Assembly (NCBI GenBank): GCA_965195285.1
Contig: CBDAFS010000021.1
Location: 1 to 64,000, forward strand
DNA length: 64,000 nucleotides
Direction: 5' to 3'
Source of the DNA: an uncultured Aminicenantes bacterium
Lineage (GTDB): Bacteria; Acidobacteriota; Aminicenantia; UBA2199
Positions 1-9,049 of the stretch are shown piece after piece (positions within the stretch are counted from its first letter, which is position 1; every line of letters begins with the position of its first letter). The position numbers and the translations under genes are program-made. Below the pieces are notes generated by a model, which worked only from the letters and a program-made list of their open reading frames with translations, had not been told where the DNA came from and ran no database searches.

Positions 1-284
1 GCCGATGCATAAATAAAGAAAACGACACTCCCGGGATTCAGCGGCAGAAGTACAACACCCAACAGTGTCATTCCGATTGGAACGTGCCATATTTTCCGAC
101 CTTTAAACCAAAATCCTCTGAAATACAATATGAGAAAAACGGCCAATCCCACAATATTCAGCAGGATAATTCCCGGTTTCATGTCCGGATCGAACAGGTG
201 AATGATAAAAAAAAAGAGGAACACCAACCAAATGAATGGTACAAAGCTAATTTCATTATCCGGAGGCAATAATCTTATTTTCAT
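1..284 (-). CDS. DesK/NarX-type membrane sensor histidine kinase, N-terminal membrane part (runs off the window edge)
   Basis: Not in the ORF track. Manual translation from ATG at 284: MKIRLLPPDNEISFVPFIWLVFLFFFIIHLF...LAVFLILYFRGFW...LLPLNPGSVVFFIYAS, four short TM helices resembling DesK-like sensor N-termini. Kinase core not visible. Confidence 0.6.
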   Translation of the reverse strand, partial: MKIRLLPPDNEISFVPFIWLVFLFFFIIHLFDPDMKPGIILLNIVGLAVFLILYFRGFWFKGRKIWHVPIGMTLLGVVLLPLNPGSVVFFIYAS

Positions 285-291
285 CTTTTCT

Positions 292-516
292 CTATTTTAG
301 TATTCTAGCATAATTCCGGTCACCAGGTAATTGCATGTGAATTCCTAAATCTCCAATAACATCTTTAATAGATTCTGGTATCCAACCTTGATATTTATTA
401 ATTGTTGAGTCAGATCGATAATTGAATATCGCTTTTGTATTTTGTTCGACTACTGGTCTAAGTATTAATCGTTCTGTTTTTAATTCTATTTTTTTACTCA
501 TTTTATTCCTAGTCAT
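292..516 (-). pseudogene. RimJ/RimL GNAT acetyltransferase remnant
   Basis: IELKTERLILRP...YRSD...KYQGW start joined directly to IGDLGIH, then stops; 74 aa versus roughly 170-180 aa typical for the family. Confidence 0.65.
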
Positions 517-565
517 TTATTTTTGCAGTATGAACCATTATTATAGCCAGTGCTTTTTTGTCCAT

Positions 566-1321
566 TTAAACAATTTTTAAAATATTTTTTTTAAACAATT
601 GAAGAGCAATGAAATTTAATAAAGTTCCAATGATTATTAAAACAAAAACTCTTGATAAGAATGTAATATTTGTTAATGGAAGAAGCCTCATAAAGATGTC
701 ATAAAATCCCTGGATGCTCCAATAATTAACCGAAACGACAGCAATCTTTTGCATAAGTTCCGGCATTATAAAAATTGGTATCATACTACCTCCGATAGCA
801 CTCATGACCATTACAATTATAGTTGAGAGTCCCTGCACCTGTTGGCGTGATTTGGCAAATGACGCAAGGACGATACCAAAACTAGAACAGGCATAGGATG
901 TTGCCAAAATCATAAGCGCCAGAGAAGGAAGGTAATGCATTATATCTAAACCAAAAACCAGCCAAGCGTAAACAAACATGATTAACAACTGAGCAATGGA
1001 AATAATATTTGCAAATACCATTTTCCCATAAAGGATATGGTTAGGATGCAAAGGTGAGCACAGTAATTTCTTTAACATGCCTTCCTGCTTTTCATCTAAA
1101 AGACTACCACCTATCCCCGCAACTGAAAATAAAAGCATCATAACTGACGTACCTGCTACAACGTGAACAAGCCCTCCTAATTTATCTTCCTCGGTATTAC
1201 CCATGTTCCCGAAAACAAAAGAAAACAGAGTAATAAAAATTATAGGCAATGCAAAGGTCAGCAACATATCTTGCTTATTTACGAAGAATAATTTCAGATC
1301 TTTCTTAACAAGTTTTTTCAT
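566..1321 (-). CDS. ABC-2 type exporter permease
   Basis: Six hydrophobic segments, EKQEGMLKKLLCSPL and GGSMIP motifs; overlaps the ATPase stop codon. Confidence 0.9.
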   Translation of the reverse strand: MKKLVKKDLKLFFVNKQDMLLTFALPIIFITLFSFVFGNMGNTEEDKLGGLVHVVAGTSVMMLLFSVAGIGGSLLDEKQEGMLKKLLCSPLHPNHILYGKMVFANIISIAQLLIMFVYAWLVFGLDIMHYLPSLALMILATSYACSSFGIVLASFAKSRQQVQGLSTIIVMVMSAIGGSMIPIFIMPELMQKIAVVSVNYWSIQGFYDIFMRLLPLTNITFLSRVFVLIIIGTLLNFIALQLFKKNILKIV

Positions 1322-2244
1322 TTGTCTCTCAATTGTTTACCGGTTAAACTTAAAAATATGGTTTCAAGGTTTACCTTTTGTATATCGATATGCAGAATAT
1401 CAAGTCCGACCTCATTACACTTTAATATTATTTTCGACAAATCACCCTGAATATTCATGGAATAAAAATGTATTGTGTCGTCGAAATGCTGGATATCTTT
1501 CCATTCCTTTGCGATTGCAGTATAGAGCTCATCCGTAAGATTGGTAAAAGAAATCACAATGGTTTCTTTCATCGAACCCGATGTCTTTAATTCATCCAAT
1601 GTTCCCTGCGCAATAATTTCTCCATTGTCAATAATTCCGATACGATCGCACAAACGCTCAGCTTCTTCCATATAATGCGTGGTATAAATAATTGTCATTC
1701 CCTCATTATGTAGCTTTTCCACCACTTCAAATATTAAATTCCTGCTTTGAGGGTCAATTCCTACAGTTGGTTCATCCATAAATAGGATATTAGGCTTGTG
1801 AAGCAATGCAGAGGCAATATTAATTCTGCGTTTCATTCCGCCGGAATAGGTTTTTACCTTATCATTCTTCCTGTCTGCCAGTCCGAGCAGGTTTAATATT
1901 TCATCAATACGTGCTTTCAATTTCAGTTTCGGAACATTATATAAGCCTCCCCAAAATAATAAGTTATCATATGCTGAGAGCTCATTGTAAAGCGCCATTT
2001 CTTGTGTAACAACACCTATGTTCTTTTTACAATCCAAAGGATTTTTCTTTAGATCATATCCGGCAATACTTACTTCTCCCTCATTTGGCTCTATCACGGT
2101 GCTCATGATGGAGATAGTCGTTGTTTTACCAGCGCCATTCGGGCCCAACAGACCATAACATTCTCCTTGCGGAATGTTGAATGAAATACCTTTCAACGCC
2201 TCAACTGTATCGAATGTCTTTTTTAGATTTGTAATAGTAATCAT
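1318..2244 (-). CDS. ABC-2 exporter ATP-binding protein (DrrA/LnrL-like)
   Basis: Walker A GPNGAGKTT, signature YSGGMKRR, Walker B LFMDEPT, H-loop TTHYMEEA. Confidence 0.95.
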   Translation of the reverse strand: MITITNLKKTFDTVEALKGISFNIPQGECYGLLGPNGAGKTTTISIMSTVIEPNEGEVSIAGYDLKKNPLDCKKNIGVVTQEMALYNELSAYDNLLFWGGLYNVPKLKLKARIDEILNLLGLADRKNDKVKTYSGGMKRRINIASALLHKPNILFMDEPTVGIDPQSRNLIFEVVEKLHNEGMTIIYTTHYMEEAERLCDRIGIIDNGEIIAQGTLDELKTSGSMKETIVISFTNLTDELYTAIAKEWKDIQHFDDTIHFYSMNIQGDLSKIILKCNEVGLDILHIDIQKVNLETIFLSLTGKQLRDK

Positions 2245-2269
2245 TTATATATTTTCTTTATAAATCTTC

Positions 2270-4819
2270 TTATTCATCTTTTACCAATCTAAAACTAATA
2301 CCCGGCCCCCTGTTTCCTGGAGGAGTACCTCCTCCACGATATGCTGACCGACATCTCCATGCAGGATCATAGAATCCACCACCACGATCAACTTTCTTAG
2401 TACCTGTTTCTGGTCCTTTTGGATTCAATTTATCATTTATATCATACTCACCATACCAATCATTAGTCCATTCCCAAATATTACCGTGCATATTATATAG
2501 TCCGAATGCATTTGGCGAAAAACTACCAATAGGTAAAGCCTTATTTCTGAATTCTCCTTTTTCACAATTGATATATGGTTTTTTCCCATTAAAATTAGCT
2601 TGATCGGTTGTAATGCAATCACCGGTGTAAAAAGCAGTAGTTGTATTTGCCCGGGCAGCATATTCAAATTCAGCTTCGGTAGGTAATCTACAGCCCATCC
2701 ATTCTGCAAATTCATTGGCATCGTACCAGGTAATTTGTACTATTGGCATATTACCGCGCTCAAGCCCCCAAGGTTTTTTCCTGCCTGTGGATTCACAAAA
2801 TGCATCAAACTGATCATAGGTAACACAATGCTTACTCATTTTAAATGCACTTAGGGTAACTTCATACTGAACTTCATCATCTTGTCTTTCTTTCTCATCA
2901 TTCGGACTACCCATTGTGAAAGTTCCTGCCGGTATATCTACAAATTCAATATTGGGTTTATTTATTGATGAATCTTTGGCTCTCGTGTTATTTTCAGTAT
3001 TTATTATAACAGGTTCAAATTTCTTTGTGAATTGAATTTGAGAAGTATTATTGTAGATTTCTTGTAATTTCGAAATATTATCAGCATCAATGGACTTCAT
3101 TAGTTCACTGATTTTGTTCAGGATTTCAACTTGTTTTTTAGAGAATTGATTGTTTTGAAAAACATAATCTAATATTGGTGAATATTGGCCAATCGGATAT
3201 TCGGTTCCCAATATCGATGCCAAATCAAAACAAATGACTGCTGTCATTAGAGGCGATCCATTATATTCATTTTGGCCAGGCATCCCATATAATTTTGGAT
3301 TAATTTCTTTTTTTTGGATCTTTAACCAGACATCGTTGCTGAAGTCAAATTCTTCTCTATTGAAATCAATCCTATCCGCGCTGGGATCTACCAACATCCA
3401 ACGGTTTTCCTTTTCATTCCATACTTCACAAATGACGTGGTGAGCATGAAAACCAGGTATTAAATATGGAGCAAATCCATAACGAACCATGGCTGGAATG
3501 CCTCGATATTTAAGTATGGATGCCAGCAAGAGGGCATTATCTCGGCAGATTAACATTAATCGGTTTTCAGGTTTACGATCTTTGACTAAACCCCTGGAGT
3601 CATAGGATAGAAGCCCCTCCAGAGCTGATTTTACTGTCCGATACTTTAATGATTCATTCCATCTTTCTTTGGGAATTAGTTCACGATAATTATCCAGTTC
3701 CCACCCATAATTTATATATTGTGATCTAATAAGACGACAAAGTTCCGGTAATGAATCTGGAAGATTTTCGTATAAATAAGCATATTCTCCCGGATCGGTA
3801 TATTCGCTATACTGACGATAGAATTCCAAAATTGAAATGTCAACATCATTTACTTCCTTTTTTGTTGGATTTACAGCAAATGACTTTGTAATCTGAATTT
3901 CTGGAGTATTATTATAAATTTCCTGTAATTTCGATAGGTTTTCCGCATCAAGTGTTTTCATTAATTTGCATATTTTATTTAGAGTTTCTATTTGCTCAGC
4001 ACTTAATTGCTTATCCTTATCAAAAGCATAATCCAATATTGGTGCATATTGATATATTGTATATTCGGTTCCCAATATAAATGCTAAATCTGTACAAACT
4101 TTTCCTACTATCGAAACCAATCCGCTATATTTGCCGGGAAACCCAAAAAAGTTCGGGTCTATTTCTTTCTTTTGCAATTTTAACCATGCATCGTTACTAA
4201 AGTCAAATTTTTCACTGCTAAAATCAACCATAACTGTGCTTGGATCAACAAGCATCCAGCGTTTGTCATTTTCATTCCATACTTCACAGATTGTGTGACT
4301 GGCATGAAAATCAGGTATTAAATATGTAACATGTCCACAACGGACCCTGGCCGGAATACCACGATTTTTTAATATGGATGCCAGTAAGATTGCATTATGC
4401 CGGCAACCTAATACTAATCGATCTCCAGGTTTCCGATCCTTTACTAAACCTCGGGAATCATAAGATATAAGCCCCTCCAAAACCGATTTAACTGTTGGAT
4501 ACTTTAATGACTCATTCCATCTCTCTTTAGGGATTTGCTCAGAATATTTTGGCAATTCAGCATAGGGATGAATAAATTGTGATCTAATTAGGCTACAAAG
4601 CTCTGGTAAAGAATCAGGAAGATTTTCATATAAATATTTATATTCACCCGGATCGGTAAATGAACTATATTGACGATAGAAATCCAAAACAGTATTATCG
4701 GTTTGTTCATTTTCAACCAGCTTGTACTTATGATTGGATTTACCTGCATCAATTTGAGAATAAATTGTTACAAAAATCATAATTATTAATGTTAACAGTA
4801 TAAACACTTTTTTTTTCAT
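2270..4819 (-). CDS. Secreted protein: two transglutaminase-like domains plus a C-terminal FGE-sulfatase (SUMF1) domain
   Basis: Signal peptide; two repeats each with Cys (GCRH/ICRD), His (HTICE/HVICE) and Asp (LVDPS); C-terminal FTMGS, RLPTEAEFEYAAR, NAFGLYNMHGNIWEW, RGGGF, SFRL motifs. Confidence 0.85.
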   Translation of the reverse strand: MKKKVFILLTLIIMIFVTIYSQIDAGKSNHKYKLVENEQTDNTVLDFYRQYSSFTDPGEYKYLYENLPDSLPELCSLIRSQFIHPYAELPKYSEQIPKERWNESLKYPTVKSVLEGLISYDSRGLVKDRKPGDRLVLGCRHNAILLASILKNRGIPARVRCGHVTYLIPDFHASHTICEVWNENDKRWMLVDPSTVMVDFSSEKFDFSNDAWLKLQKKEIDPNFFGFPGKYSGLVSIVGKVCTDLAFILGTEYTIYQYAPILDYAFDKDKQLSAEQIETLNKICKLMKTLDAENLSKLQEIYNNTPEIQITKSFAVNPTKKEVNDVDISILEFYRQYSEYTDPGEYAYLYENLPDSLPELCRLIRSQYINYGWELDNYRELIPKERWNESLKYRTVKSALEGLLSYDSRGLVKDRKPENRLMLICRDNALLLASILKYRGIPAMVRYGFAPYLIPGFHAHHVICEVWNEKENRWMLVDPSADRIDFNREEFDFSNDVWLKIQKKEINPKLYGMPGQNEYNGSPLMTAVICFDLASILGTEYPIGQYSPILDYVFQNNQFSKKQVEILNKISELMKSIDADNISKLQEIYNNTSQIQFTKKFEPVIINTENNTRAKDSSINKPNIEFVDIPAGTFTMGSPNDEKERQDDEVQYEVTLSAFKMSKHCVTYDQFDAFCESTGRKKPWGLERGNMPIVQITWYDANEFAEWMGCRLPTEAEFEYAARANTTTAFYTGDCITTDQANFNGKKPYINCEKGEFRNKALPIGSFSPNAFGLYNMHGNIWEWTNDWYGEYDINDKLNPKGPETGTKKVDRGGGFYDPAWRCRSAYRGGGTPPGNRGPGISFRLVKDE
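3023..4690 (-). repeat. Intragenic tandem duplication of the transglutaminase domain (about 3884-4690 and 3023-3832)
   Basis: Near-identical blocks such as FYRQYS..TDPGEY.YLYENLPDSLPELC.LIRSQ and IPKERWNESLKY occur in both copies; similarity is also visible in the DNA. Confidence 0.9.
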
Positions 4820-4846
4820 GATTAACCTCCTTGATTAACTATTGGA

Positions 4847-4911
4847 ATTATAGTGCGAAGGAAGGGGTTTAACCAGGATTAAATGTCACTAATATTCATG
4901 ACATTTGTCAT
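4847..4911 (-). promoter_or_regulatory. Promoter with a DesR/NarL-type operator (ATGACA-N2-TGTCAT at 4898-4911) and -10 TATAAT (4847-4852)
   Basis: Perfect palindrome atgacatttgtcat, an extra half site aaatgtcact at 4881-4890, TATAAT, then AAGGAGG RBS before ATG 4819. No consensus -35, as expected for an activated promoter. Confidence 0.6.
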
Positions 4912-4988
4912 ACAATTAATGGGATTAAAAAAAAAATGGGGAGAAATAATTCCTCTACTTGAAGACCGAAGTAATTAAGGGGTGTTAA

Positions 4989-5973
4989 GGGGTGACGGTG
5001 CTTGACATTTTGACATTTTTCATTTCTTCTTTAACCTCAATTTTGTCCTCTTATACAACTGCCCAAGTGAATGATGTTTCATATCACGGAATAAATCCAA
5101 TTTTATAATTTCGCTATATTTTAACCCTCCCCTGTCCCTGAGATTAAAAAGTATTTCATCTCTAAGTTTCTTACCGGAATGAGTTGTTGTATCAATAGTT
5201 TCGACCTTGATCTTATACTTTTTCTCAAATTCCATATATATTTTTTCAACCGGTTCAAAATAAAGATCATCAATCCTTTTTCCCTCCATGCTCTCTTTAT
5301 AATTTCTGCGGTCAAATTTTTTCAATGCCTTTACTACAAAACCTTTTCCTCCTATTATTTTTCCAACTCTCGTCTCAATAACCGGAAGTGATTCGAAATT
5401 AGAATTCTCTACCATATTAATTAAATTATTTTTATTCTGAAAAAGATCTTCAATATATGATCTGTTAACAATATCTAAAGTTTTATTCTTATTAAAATAA
5501 TGAGATGCACTCGACTATTCATACTCATAAAAATTACTTACCAGTCCTGCACGAACAGGATTGATTAGAATATATACAATTGATAATAGAAGATAAGAAT
5601 CATCCTGAATTAACATAGATTTAAATCGCCCCTGGAATACATATCCTTTTCCACCATGTTCTGATCTGTATAAACTTCCGAAATTCCCATTCAATTGTTT
5701 AAGAAAATCTGACATCCTGCCAGAACTGTTTTCAAGGATCAAATGATAGTGGTTATCCATCAGACAATAAGCAAATATTCTGATATTTAACTTTTCAGAA
5801 TATAACTTTAATAAGCCAAGGAAATTTTCTTTATCTTTTCTCTCTTTAAAGATAGGATTACCATCATATCCCCTGTTCATAACATGGTGATAAGCTCCCA
5901 GGTAGGTTACCCTTGCTCTTCGCATATATACTTATTATTATAAAAATGTCAATATGTCAAGCACCGTCACCCC
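4989..5973. mobile_element. RAYT (Y1/HUH tyrosine transposase) element bounded by 32-bp inverted repeats
   Basis: Left 4989-5020 ggggtgacggtgcttgacattttgacattttt; right 5942-5973 reverse-complements to ggggtgacggtgcttgacatattgacattttt (one mismatch); a single transposase gene lies between. Confidence 0.85.
5020..5925 (-). pseudogene. REP-associated tyrosine transposase with C-terminal HTH, interrupted by an in-frame TAG at 5515-5517
   Basis: YHHVMNRG, AYCLMDNHYHL (HUH), VFQGRFKS, YILINPVRAG. The frame reads YEYE*SSASHY through the stop and continues into the 5020-5415 ORF; the stop replaces the W of the conserved WSS motif. Confidence 0.85.
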
Positions 5974-6124
5974 CTTTGCCCCCTTCTCTCTATACAATCG
6001 TTTTCAGGTTTTGTGTTTTAACTTCCCTACTCCGGTATAGTAAAAAAACCGTTGACCTTTCTCGCTTTTTTACCGCATTTTAAAAACCCTGATTTTTAAA
6101 ATATCAATTTGATTGATCCGAGGG

Positions 6125-7000
6125 TTATGTTTTTTGCCACCACATCTTCACACAGGTGAAAGAGGAAGGAAGCGAAATCCCGTGACCATTGGTTGCTTTG
6201 GTGTCTTTCAGGAGATCCAGAAGGTAATTTTTGATGAGGTTTTCCTGGCTGGAAGTTATAACCTGGTAATATTCGTAAAAGTCAAACATCAGGTCCCGGA
6301 ATGAGTCAAAATATTCCGGATGCTGGTATCGGAGAACTTTTATATGGGGATAAATACCCATTTCATAAAGCACATTGAACAATATGTCACATTTGGGCAT
6401 TGGAACGAAAGGAGTTCCGTGAAGTAATGGAATAAGTTTTTTTGAGTGGATTTCCCAGGAAGGCTCTCCGGCAAACCAGTATAGATAAACAAATTTCGAA
6501 CACACTTCATTCATTTTTTTTATGGCATCCCTGATTCCGATCATATTAAGTGATAGCGAGGCAATAACCACATCATAAAGGGGTTCCAGATCCAGGTCAA
6601 CATCGATCTCCTCCCAGTATTTCTGTATACAGTTGATATTCTGTATTTTTCTTTGAACGATCTTTTCCCGCATAACCTCAACCATCCCTTTCAGAGGTTC
6701 GATAGCGGTAATATGGGCCACACGGTTCGCCAGGGGAAGCGCCATAACGCCGGGGCCGGATCCGATATCCAGAATCCTGGAGCAGGTCGATATTTCAATT
6801 TCATTGATGGTTTCTTTTATTCTGCCATATTGTGTCTTCAATGTGGTTTCCCAGTATCTGAACGCACTTTCCCTGTTATCCCATTGACCGGCACTGTTTA
6901 CCACTTTGCCGAATTCTCTTCTTTTTAACACCTGCCGATTCCACACTTCACTCCAATCAATACAGACAGTATTTGATTGAATCGCCTTTTCCTGAAACAT
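6125..7000 (-). CDS. Class I SAM-dependent methyltransferase
   Basis: ILDIGSGPG motif I, ITAIEP, YDVVIAS. Confidence 0.85.
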   Translation of the reverse strand: MFQEKAIQSNTVCIDWSEVWNRQVLKRREFGKVVNSAGQWDNRESAFRYWETTLKTQYGRIKETINEIEISTCSRILDIGSGPGVMALPLANRVAHITAIEPLKGMVEVMREKIVQRKIQNINCIQKYWEEIDVDLDLEPLYDVVIASLSLNMIGIRDAIKKMNEVCSKFVYLYWFAGEPSWEIHSKKLIPLLHGTPFVPMPKCDILFNVLYEMGIYPHIKVLRYQHPEYFDSFRDLMFDFYEYYQVITSSQENLIKNYLLDLLKDTKATNGHGISLPSSFTCVKMWWQKT

Positions 7001-7195
7001 TTTATTTGGTTTTCACTAGTGTTACTATTTAAAAATTAATAACACAGGGATTCCTATTTGTCAACCATTGGAGTGCATAGCACGAAAATGAATAAGGATA
7101 TGAAGGTTGTGGTGGCGTCGTTTTCTTGATTTTTAGGTTTCAATAATATACAATTTCTTCATATTAAAAAAAGGTATTTCCCGGGGAGGTAGAAG

Positions 7196-7585
7196 ATGAA
7201 AAAAATTTTTGAAATTTCACTTGTGCTGTGTTTCTTAATCCTGTTGTTGCCGGGATCACCAATGCAGAAGGGCGATCAAAATGTAAAAGAATGGCCAGAA
7301 GTGGGAAGTATTTATAAATATTCCGGGGTTGACTGGTATGTCAGGGGCGTGAGTAAAAAAGCATTTGAATATACGGCCACCGGAGAAAGCTTAAGTCTGG
7401 TCGTTGAAGGTACCCCCAGCTCCATTGTCCTGGTCCCCAAAAAGGGGCAGGTCGTGCGCTGTGATCCCACCGTACCCATGATTTATGTGGATAAAAACCC
7501 GGATCCGGATTTGAGCCTAAATGCGTATTTCAAGCGAACCGCTAAAAACAAGGTTTTCCTTCTACTGGAATACAAGAGAGACTAA
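7196..7585 (+). CDS. Hypothetical secreted protein
   Basis: GGAGG RBS and signal peptide MKKIFEISLVLCFLILLL; no family recognised. Confidence 0.7.
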   Translation: MKKIFEISLVLCFLILLLPGSPMQKGDQNVKEWPEVGSIYKYSGVDWYVRGVSKKAFEYTATGESLSLVVEGTPSSIVLVPKKGQVVRCDPTVPMIYVDKNPDPDLSLNAYFKRTAKNKVFLLLEYKRD

Positions 7586-7678
7586 GTCATTATTCACTGA
7601 TACCCCACCACTCCCGGAAAATACGGAACCGATCCTTTCATTTGTTCTTAATCCATATTATGATATAAGATAAAACGG

Positions 7679-8398
7679 ATGAAAAAAGTAAAAGAATTTA
7701 TACTTTCAGTCCTGGCCTGGTTTTTCGGATTATTGGCATTTATATCCGGTTCACTAACATTACTGATTGTTGGTTTATTCACTACCGGCCCATTTTTCGA
7801 ATGGACGTTAAAAAGAATGTGTCGCTGGATTGTATGTTGTGTTGGCATCCGCTTGAAAGTAAGAGGCACCCAAAACATCGATCCAAAAAAACAATACGTT
7901 ATCATGATGAATCACGTAAACCTGCTGGACGCTTTTTTGTTTTACCCCTATTTTCCGGGTAGAGCACGGGGTATCGAGGAGGAGAGCCATTTTAAATGGC
8001 CTTTGTATGGCAGAGTCATTCGGCGAATCGGCCAGTTTCCGATCAATCGCAAAAGCGGGATAAAAGCAATAGAAACCCTTAAGAAAGCAGCCGAACTGAT
8101 ACAAAATAGAAAAGATTCCTCTGTGGTCGTACTTCCTGAGGGGACCCGGACCATAACAGGAAAACTGGGTAATTTCAAAAAGGGCGGTTTTTTACTTGCC
8201 CTGGAGGCAGGTCTCGATATTCTTCCTATGATTCAAATAGGTGGTTTTAGTATTAAAAGGAAAAATCACTGGAAGATACGGCCGGGAAAAATGGAATTGA
8301 TTTTTGAAAAACCTATTTCTATCAGGAGATATTCCAAAGAAAAAATAACAGACCTGATAGAAAAAACCAGGATCCTATTTCTAAAATATGTCGATTAA
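7679..8398 (+). CDS. plsC: 1-acyl-sn-glycerol-3-phosphate acyltransferase
   Basis: NHVNLLD (HX4D), FPINR, PEGTR, FKKGGF motifs. Confidence 0.9.
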   Translation: MKKVKEFILSVLAWFFGLLAFISGSLTLLIVGLFTTGPFFEWTLKRMCRWIVCCVGIRLKVRGTQNIDPKKQYVIMMNHVNLLDAFLFYPYFPGRARGIEEESHFKWPLYGRVIRRIGQFPINRKSGIKAIETLKKAAELIQNRKDSSVVVLPEGTRTITGKLGNFKKGGFLLALEAGLDILPMIQIGGFSIKRKNHWKIRPGKMELIFEKPISIRRYSKEKITDLIEKTRILFLKYVD

Positions 8399-8451
8399 TT
8401 GATTTCAAGGATCGCATCATTCGATCGGCACCCAAAAACAGAATGAGAAGA

Positions 8452-8976
8452 TTATCGATAATTCAACTCTATAATTTTTTTCAGGGCAATAGGCAGCCAC
8501 ACGGTAAAACGCTTTGGTTCACTATTTATCTCTTTTAACAATAACGCCGGTTTTATCCATCTGAAATCTTCAACCTCTTCAGGGTTTGCGATAATTTCTC
8601 CATCATAAACACCGGAAAAAACATGATCATATTCATATTCCGTCAGGTTATTATCCAATTCAGCTTTATAAATAAATGAAAAAAGTTCTTTTAAATTGCA
8701 ATCAAATCCCATTTCCTCTTTCAGTCTCCTGTGAACCTCGATTTCTATAGCTTCTCCAGCCCTTGGATGGCTGCAGCAGGTATTTGTCCATAATCCACCT
8801 GAGTGATATTTGGATCTTGAGCGTTTCTGTAATAGAAGATTCCCTTCACTGTTAAATACAAAAATTGAGAAACATCTGTGTAGAATTCCCTGCCGATGAA
8901 TTTTTAATTTCTCTCCGGTGCTGATCTGATTATCATTTTCATCAACAATTATTAACTTCTCAGACACTGTAGACAC
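8452..8976 (-). CDS. idi: Isopentenyl-diphosphate delta-isomerase, type 1
   Basis: LHRCFSIFVF, LWTNTCCSHP, EYEYDHVF, NPEEV, FTVW. Confidence 0.95.
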   Translation of the reverse strand: MSTVSEKLIIVDENDNQISTGEKLKIHRQGILHRCFSIFVFNSEGNLLLQKRSRSKYHSGGLWTNTCCSHPRAGEAIEIEVHRRLKEEMGFDCNLKELFSFIYKAELDNNLTEYEYDHVFSGVYDGEIIANPEEVEDFRWIKPALLLKEINSEPKRFTVWLPIALKKIIELNYR

Positions 8977-9049
8977 CTTGATCAGACCTCCTATATTTTA
9001 CCTAATTATTGAATATAAAAATATAACAAATCCTATCAGATATGAATTT

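Noticed and set aside
84-272. 62-aa plus-strand ORF
   Set aside because: Shadow of the minus-strand DesK-like gene that starts at 284.
2270-2955. FGE domain as a diversity-generating retroelement target
   Set aside because: No reverse transcriptase and no template repeat of the 3' end seen in the window; the visible duplication covers the transglutaminase domains.
5515-5517. TAG in the RAYT gene as pyrrolysine or stop-codon reassignment
   Set aside because: It replaces a conserved Trp by a single TGG-to-TAG change, TAG ends other genes here (e.g. pheS), and no pyl genes are seen; a nonsense mutation is simpler.
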